From assembly GCF_009914755.1 (NCBI RefSeq), contig NC_060933.1: a stretch of DNA of 64,000 nt. One strand, given 5' to 3'. The position numbers and the translations under genes were made by a program. Positions 54,314-64,000 of the stretch are shown in pieces. How positions within the stretch are numbered: the stretch's first letter is position 1; the number at the start of each line of letters is the position of its first letter. This DNA comes from the human T2T-CHM13v2.0 reference genome, Homo sapiens. A model generated the notes under the pieces. The model had not been told where the DNA came from. It did no database searches and saw only the letters and a program-made list of their open reading frames with translations.

Positions 54314-56989
54314 CTTTACCTGAAAAACGTCTAATCCGCCTTTAACTCAATTCAAATGTCACTTCTTCTGTAGAGTCTTTTCCAACTTCTTTAGGAAAAC
54401 CAATACATTTCCATTCGTGACTTTATTATAATTATGGTCAGGAATATTACATTGTAGTTATTTGTAGTTTATCTTCTCAACCAGACTGAGCTTTACTCGG
54501 AGAAGAGCTTTGTCATATTCTTAATCGTATTCTCATCCCTCACTATAGTTTCTGGAGCTGTAACCATGGCTGGTGATCAAGCTCTGTTAATTTATCAGAT
54601 ATTTCTATCATTCCTATGAATTAGAAAGATCAAATATTATTTATTATTTTCAGAATGTGGATAATGTTTCCTTTAGGCAGATGCACTTCCAATTGTAAGT
54701 AATAGGAATATAGCTCAAACTGGCCTGGGGAAAGCAATATATATAAAATGGCTCATGTACTTAGAAAAAAAATCCAGATTTGGACTTCAGGCATAGCTGA
54801 ATCCAGATGAATAGATCCTGAGTAGGGAACACATAATAACTGCAGATTAGAAGTAAACTAATCTGCAGTAAACTTGTACATTAGGTAAAGAAACTGTACT
54901 GTAGTAAACTAGTACAGAAGGTAAAAAAATTTCAGTGAACTAACCTAAACCACAGAGTCAGGCCAAGGGTTGAGAATGGGAGTAAATGATAACATGGATT
55001 TTATTCATTTGCTTAAGTGTTGATTCTCCTAATGTTTCTGTAAGTAGAGACAATGATTTATTTGAGATAAGAACTCAAGTGATGGGCATGGATCCACACT
55101 ATTTTTTTTTACATAGCATAGAAGTGTACTCATGGTTCATTGACTAACATAACCAGAGCAAGTGATATGCTTCCCAGGTCAAAGGAAACTAAAACTGAAG
55201 GATATTATAGTTCTAGCTACATCAGTTCCCAGGAATAACTTAATTTAGGCAATAAATCTGCCATTCCTTGACCCATGTCACCCAAACTTAATGTCTGGGT
55301 TTTGGGGCTTGAACTATTTTCTGTGCCATCAGCAAGTCATTACCCCTTTAACTTTGCCTGCATGGTAGGCCTAAGAATTTTTAATGTATGCTCTCTTAGC
55401 ATCTGTTATTGTTGCTGTTGTTGATTTTTGAGTGGAAGTCTAGCCACAGTTCACACAACAGAATATCTGGTACTTGAAACTAGCTCCTTTGACACATAAG
55501 TAATATGTTTTCTTTATCAGTATAGTATGAATCAAAAGCTGATAAACTTCATGACAAAAGAATACCACAGATTGGGCAGGTAGGTGAATTTTCTTAGACA
55601 CAGATCAACCAGGGATCTTCACAAGATCTAAGAGGGGTTGCAATTTGGAGATACCATTGCAGGCAGCTTTTGTTCAAAAGAAGACTTTCCTTAAAGCCAC
55701 AAGGTACAAATCTCTGAGCTGAAATAACATGTAGAGTAGAAAGCACCAGACTAGCAGGGCGACAACCTGGACTTTATCTACTTTGGTGAGACCTTGTTCA
55801 AGTCACAGAATTACAGAATATCAACTAGAAGGAACTTTAACCATAAGTTGCAAGCCTCTTATTTTTGATGGTGTGGGTGTTGGTTCACAGAGACAAAGGG
55901 GCTAAGTCAAAACTGTAGATTGGTAAAATCAGGATTAAAACCAAGATCTGTTAACTCTGCAGTTGCCTACTAATATCTCCTTTGATGTCCATAATGTTCC
56001 CGTTATACAGATATTATTATTTTCTCTGTTTAAGAATAAAATCATCTGTATCCAAAGAGACTTCACCTTGGGGTCCTTAAGTAAATATAAGGATTGAAAT
56101 TACATCCCTGGAACTAGTGTTTCAATTATAAGCTCAGAATGATTTTTAACACTATCTGTGAAATAATGTGCTGAAAACTAAGGGGTCTTCCTGTTTTATT
56201 ACTGCTAACCATTGCCTCTGCCACATAAACCCTTCCTTGGAAACCATAGCATGTGCCATAGTGAGCTTACTTGAAAGTAGTCTCCTAAGAGAGTCAAAAC
56301 AGCTGCATCCTGAAGAAATAGCCTTTTGAGAAGGCAAAGAACAATCAAATAATAAGGAGATGGTATGAATTCACTGGTGTGCTTACTCCTTTAGTTGCAT
56401 TATTATAGTATGATTAGACATACTTTGATTAGACTTTGTCTTACTTTACAAATGAAAGAAAAAAACAGACTCAGAAACCTAGCATGATCAGATCAAGCTC
56501 ACCCAGTGATTAAGTAGAGATGCAAATCTTATGTGATGCCCAATCTGCCCCTCACCATGCCATTCAAAAAGCAGAGTAGAAACAAAGATAAACTGATGTA
56601 TTCACCTACTAAAATTAAGATTAAATGTTTACAGTTCTCTAGCCTCAGCTTTCTCAATATTCCACATGAAGCTGAAATCACACTTGGGCCCAGTTCATAG
56701 AATTATACTCATCTTTCTTCCCTGGGATCTAAGTGTGTTCCCTCCAAATGGAATGAAAGAGATTCTTCATCTCTATCTCAGGTTCAGGTAACACAGGCTT
56801 GCCCTCTCTCATCTCCCAGAAATATGAGCCTACTGATAACTCCTTGGCTTTTAAAAATTTCACATTTTATAAGAGTTTTAGGGAAGATTTGAAGAATTTT
56901 TTAAACATCTGAAAATAAAATAAAAGTTTGACAATGACTAAATTGAAGGCATTTATAATGTGTCACAAAACAGAAATGGTTTAAGAAAG

Positions 56990-57410
56990 AAATATATCTG
57001 GGTCCATATGCTAGATCTGCCATTTACTAGTTATATCAGTGTAAGCAAAATCTACCACTCTGAGCGCTTCTGTATTTCCTCACCTAAAAAAAAGAGGGTA
57101 ATATTAGCTACATAGTCCCTGATATAACAATGATAAAAAAATGCATCTAATGACATAGTTATCTTGAAGATTAAATGATATAAAATAGTTGCATACTTAG
57201 TACTGACCCATAGTATGCCTTCTATATATATATATCAATTACTATCATACTAGCTAAAGATGATTAATATTTTTAAACTCAATTTTTACTCATCTATTAA
57301 ATAAAGGTAATATTCCCTGTGGGATTGCAGAGATCATCAAACGAGATTTATGGGAAAACACCTAGCATAATGCTAATGGGTGTTTAACATACATGAATTG
57401 ACAAATGTTA
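56990..57410 (+). mobile_element. MIR fragments
   Basis: tctgccatttactagtta...ccactctgagc...tttcctcacctaaaa; ctcaattttactcatctattaaataaagg. Confidence 0.55.
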
Positions 57411-58059
57411 GAAAAAAAGACAAACATTTAAATGTACATAGGTATGCTTTATGTGCCTTCTTATCCCGTCCTTAGCCTGTGTTTTACCCCTGAGTGGCCA
57501 CATTCTTAGAATTATTTGCAGTAGAGAGACACTGATGCTACTTCCCATGCATATGAAACTCAATCATAGAGCTGGAGACACAAGTTTAAATGCCATGGCT
57601 CTCTAAGGAAATAATCAGGGATGTGCACTTGTCTGATCATCATGGTATTATTTCAGTATTAAAATGTCATCAAACCCCACAGTCTACTAGCAGAGAATGG
57701 TAAATTAAATTATAAAATATCTACATAATTAAATCTTACACAGCCAATAAAAAACATTTTATATAGGATGTTTGATAAACTTGTCTGATTATAGGGGTCT
57801 CCTAGTGTGATTTATAAAAGCACTGGCCCCACCCTAGACTTATTGAAGCAAAATCTCTGATGACTGGAAATGTGTATTTTAATCAAGTGTTCTTAGTGGT
57901 TTTTGTGATCAGGCAAATTTATGGAATTCTATTATAAAAAGTGTATTTTTAATGCTAAAAGAAAAAATACTATTACATAATATGTACTACCACTTTACTT
58001 TTTCACAAAAAGAAAATTAAATTAAAAAGTAACAGCAGCTTTTTTTGGTATTGAAATTA

Positions 58060-58250
58060 TCACTGCAGTAGTTATGAGCATGGTTTTTCATGTCAGAAGA
58101 CCTGGTTTGAATTACAGAACTGCTATTTCCTAGCTCGGTAACACTAGAAAAGTATTTAAAACCAATCTGCATTAATGCCTTCATCTTTAAAATGGGGGAA
58201 TAAAAGTACAAATCTTCTGTGTCATTGAGAGATTAAAATAATATCAATTC
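58060..58250 (+). mobile_element. MIR SINE
   Basis: gtcagaagacctggtttgaatt...ccttcatctttaaaatggggg. Confidence 0.6.
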
Positions 58251-58923
58251 AATTTATTGTTAGAGTTATTAGGTGAACTCCCAGCTGTGAGGAAATAAAA
58301 TGGTACAGATTACTTTCTCACTGCTACCAACTATAAGCTGGAGAAGACATAGGAAACAACTATTTGCAGAGATTGTGGACAGCTTAGGGCTGGGAGCTTC
58401 ATGTAAATAAAAACAAAGGAGGTGAGTCGTCTTGTCTAGGCTTTCTGCCTGGAGATAGTTTTTACTCTGTGTTGCGCAGAAGGGAACACAAAGAGAGTTT
58501 AGTGGTCTTGCTAAATTTAAGAGACTGGAGTTTCGGGAAGAAAGGTGCTAAGAATTGGCAAGGCAGAGCACCTAAGAGGAGAAAAAGGTCCTAAAATCTG
58601 CATAAGGGTCCTTGTGAGTATTTAGCTTATTAAAACCATGTTTATGCACAAAGTGAAATCCCAAAAGGTCAGAAGATAAAAATGTTGCAAGAAAGAAAAA
58701 TTACCAGGAAGCTGTAAGATAAACAACTTCCAGGCTTACCTGTGGCCGGTAATTGTTTATGCTCTCTCTGTCAAGGACAAGAAAGTGAGGAGGCTGGATG
58801 AATGGCTACATGAGACACTTATGGGATACCCCATAAGGGCCATGCCTTATGAGTTGTGTTAAATTAGCTCTAAAATAAAGGCTACTCTAGTCCCTAAAAG
58901 ACCTTAAAAACAAGTCTCTTAAT

Positions 58924-59141
58924 CAAGGAAGCAAAAACTATAGCCCATAGGCCAACTTTGGTTGAACTATCATTTCTGGAAATGAAGATTTATCACAACA
59001 CAGTCATGTCCATTTGTTTACTTATTTTCTGTGGCCATTTCCATGCTGCAGTAGCAGAACTGAGTGTTGCAACAAAGATTGTTTGGTGTATAAGCTTTAA
59101 TATTTCCTATTTGATTTTTTAAAAAAGTTTGCTTACTCCTC
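58924..59141. mobile_element. MER58A-like
   Basis: aaactatagcccataggcca...cacagtcatgtccatttgtttacttatt...gcagaactgagt.ttgcaacaaaga. Confidence 0.7.
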
Positions 59142-59240
59142 TTCCAAATAACTAAATTAATTAGATGAATAAAGTAACTTAAGTATTAAAAAAGTCTAAT
59201 CTTCCTTAGAAGAATACAACAAATTTCAGCATACAGCTAC

Positions 59241-59325
59241 ATAAAAATAATAATTTCCTTTAGTCAATAAAATAATAATTTCCTTTAGTCAATAAAAATA
59301 ATAATTTCCTTTAGTCAATAAAAAT
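59241..59325. repeat. 26-bp minisatellite, 3 near-perfect copies
   Basis: ataaaaataataatttcctttagtca x3 (copy 2 lacks one A). Confidence 0.97.
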
Positions 59326-59354
59326 TTACTAGACAGATAAAGAAACAGGAAAAA

Positions 59355-59660
<306 letters not shown>

Positions 59661-59968
59661 AAAAAGAGGAAAATATGATCAATAATGAGTAGAAAAAAGG
59701 CAATATAAACTGATCTAGGAATGACTTAGAAAATACAATTATAAATCATGGATATTAAAAACGCTTTTATAAATATGTGCCATATGCTTAAAGATATTTT
59801 TTAAAAACATAAAGATGAAAGAGAAAGAAACTGCAGATTAAAGGCTGAACCAAATGAAACTGATACACACGAAAGAATAAAATATCTGAAATAAAAACCT
59901 CACTAGACACTGGTGATGAAAAAAAATCAATGACCCTGAGGACACAGCAATGAAAACCAACTCCCCCA

Positions 59969-59978
59969 ATACACGCGC

Positions 59979-60022
<44 letters not shown>

Positions 60023-60030
60023 AAAGAGAG
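59969..60030. repeat. (CG)n(CA)n compound microsatellite followed by short (GA)n
   Basis: acacgcgcgcgtgcgcgcgcgcacacacac... Confidence 0.95.
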
Positions 60031-60790
60031 AAGATTAAAGACAAATAAAGAGAGCATCAGTGCTCTTTATAAAAAATACCAAGTGGTTTGTATTTGAGGA
60101 AACAATGTCCCCAATTTTTCCAAATTTAATAGGACTATAAATTCATGAAGCCAAAAAATTTAATAAGCCCCAAGCAGAAAAAGCATTAATATACATATAC
60201 ACATAAACATGTATACACACAAAACAACGTTATAATAAGCTGATGAAAATCAACGGTAGAAAATCTTAAAAGAAAAAGATAAAAAACACATTATATACGG
60301 AGGAACAAAGATAAGAATAAGATCAGACTTTTTGTTAGAAATTATGCAAGCAAGAAGACAATGGAGTGAAATCTTTAGAAATCTGGGAAAAATTAAACTA
60401 CTCAACACATAATTCTACACACAGCAAAAAAAGAGCTAAAAAACAAAGGTGAAATAGAAATATTTTAAGAAAAATGAGAGCTAAAAAATTCTTTAGCAGC
60501 AAATTGAACTATAGAAAATTTTTAAAAATGGTTTACTGGGAGAAGGAAATGATAACACATGGAAATTTAGATTAATGCAAAGAATGAGATATGCGAGATA
60601 TGAGAAGTATATGGATAAATATAAAATACTTTCTCTTAATTTTAATCACTGAAAAGATAATTGGCTTTGTAAGGGAAAAATGCTGTAAACCATGAACTTT
60701 CAGGTTGATAAAAATGTAGAAAAACATATATGACAACAAAGGACGAATATCCAGAATCTACAAGGAATTAAATTAGAAATTAATGACAGA

Positions 60791-61145
<355 letters not shown>

Positions 61146-61399
61146 TTAAAAAATGTACAACATACTATTAAAAAATCATATTTTATTAAAAAGAAGTGAA
61201 GAAAAGCAGTACCAAGAGGAAAGGCGAGAAAGACTCACAAACATTCATTCCGTCAGTGATTGATTTAAGCCTATTCTAGAGAGATAGCAGAGACTAAGAT
61301 AGACACAGTCCTAATCTTCACGGTGCACACAGCTTGAGAGGACTATTCACATTTTGCCATTTTAAAAATTGATTTCTTTACTCTTTTTGTTATTTATTC

Positions 61400-63110
<1,711 letters not shown>

Positions 63111-64000
63111 GTCTTTCCTGCCTTTCTTTTTGTAGTTCCTTTTCTTCACCCTAACCCTAGGGCAAGATTTGCTAATTATCTCTGCGCTCTCACCTCCCAA
63201 CACTGGATCGGTGTCCGGGAGACACACTAAACACAGCCACTGAATCTCCTTTGGGTCTCCATTTCCCCAGATGAAATGTGGCTTCCTGAACCATGGCAAA
63301 GTAATTTCCCCATAGTATTTCTTGCCAAAGTCATGGAGCAAAATACCCTTGCTAACTCTAACCTGCCTGCCCAGTGAGCTTCCCCTTGGAGTCCAGGCTC
63401 CACATTCCTTTACAGCTCATTGGCCAAGGAGTTATAATTGATATACATTAATCCAATGCATGATGAAATCTGTTCTATTATAGGTTCCAAGCAACACTTG
63501 GCCTGAGAAATGCATAAACTCTTCTAATTCCTTATAGCTTCAGTGTTTAAGGATAAAGAAGAGAGTGTATTATGATACTTTTGTGGTATCAGACACATAC
63601 CAACAAAAATGTTATAGTCCAAAATAGAGGACGGTGACATTTCAGAGATAAATGCAGCCCCTGAAAGACATCTAGAAGTGTGATAGATCTTGACAGACCC
63701 TGAGAATACTAAAGGACACTGATAAGTCATGGGAGGTCACAACAGGCTGTGACTGGTCTTAAGAGGTCCTGGCAAGCCCCTGAAAGATGGTCAGGCTCCA
63801 AAAACTTCCAAAAGGTTATGACTGATCAAAATTCAAGACCGGAATTCAAAAGAATTAAGGTCACAGAGCTTGCTTTGGAGAACCTGAAAGTAGCAAGTAC
63901 AAGAGATGATCAAAAACCCAAGGTGAACTGACAGGTAGTGACAGGGAAGGGGAATGAAGACAGGCCTCAGATCAAGGGCCTGTTTAAATTGACTTCACTT

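Noticed and set aside
54850-54940. Degenerate agtaaact-gtaca repeats (about 35-bp spacing)
   Set aside because: Only two poor copies; an old local duplication with no evidence of function.
59241-59325. Repeat units of CRISPR-like length
   Set aside because: Head-to-tail with no spacers, in eukaryotic DNA with no cas genes; a minisatellite.

Overview
Primate (human/ape-type) nuclear genomic DNA, shown by AluJ/S/Y elements and an L1PA3-like insertion. The window is AT-rich, has no CpG island and is dominated by interspersed repeats. These include about 11 Alus plus a FLAM monomer, several old L1s (one near-full-length L1MA-type copy with an internal deletion), a complete LTR-internal-LTR MaLR element, solo LTRs, many MIR/L2 fragments and MER DNA-transposon fossils. 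I recognise no protein-coding exon, RNA gene or pseudogene. The listed ORFs are repeat-derived (Alu, L1 ORF1/ORF2, MaLR) or chance ORFs, so this looks like a large intron or intergenic region, and I cannot name the locus. I found no convincing new biological system. The best observations are a templated-insertion scar inside an L1 (fold-back plus an exact 30-bp copy of unique DNA 1.77 kb away), several repeat-free motif-dense stretches resembling enhancers (including an RFX X-box cluster), nested insertions, local tandem duplications and non-B-DNA motifs. Subfamily names come from recall of consensus sequences, and boundaries of old repeats are approximate.
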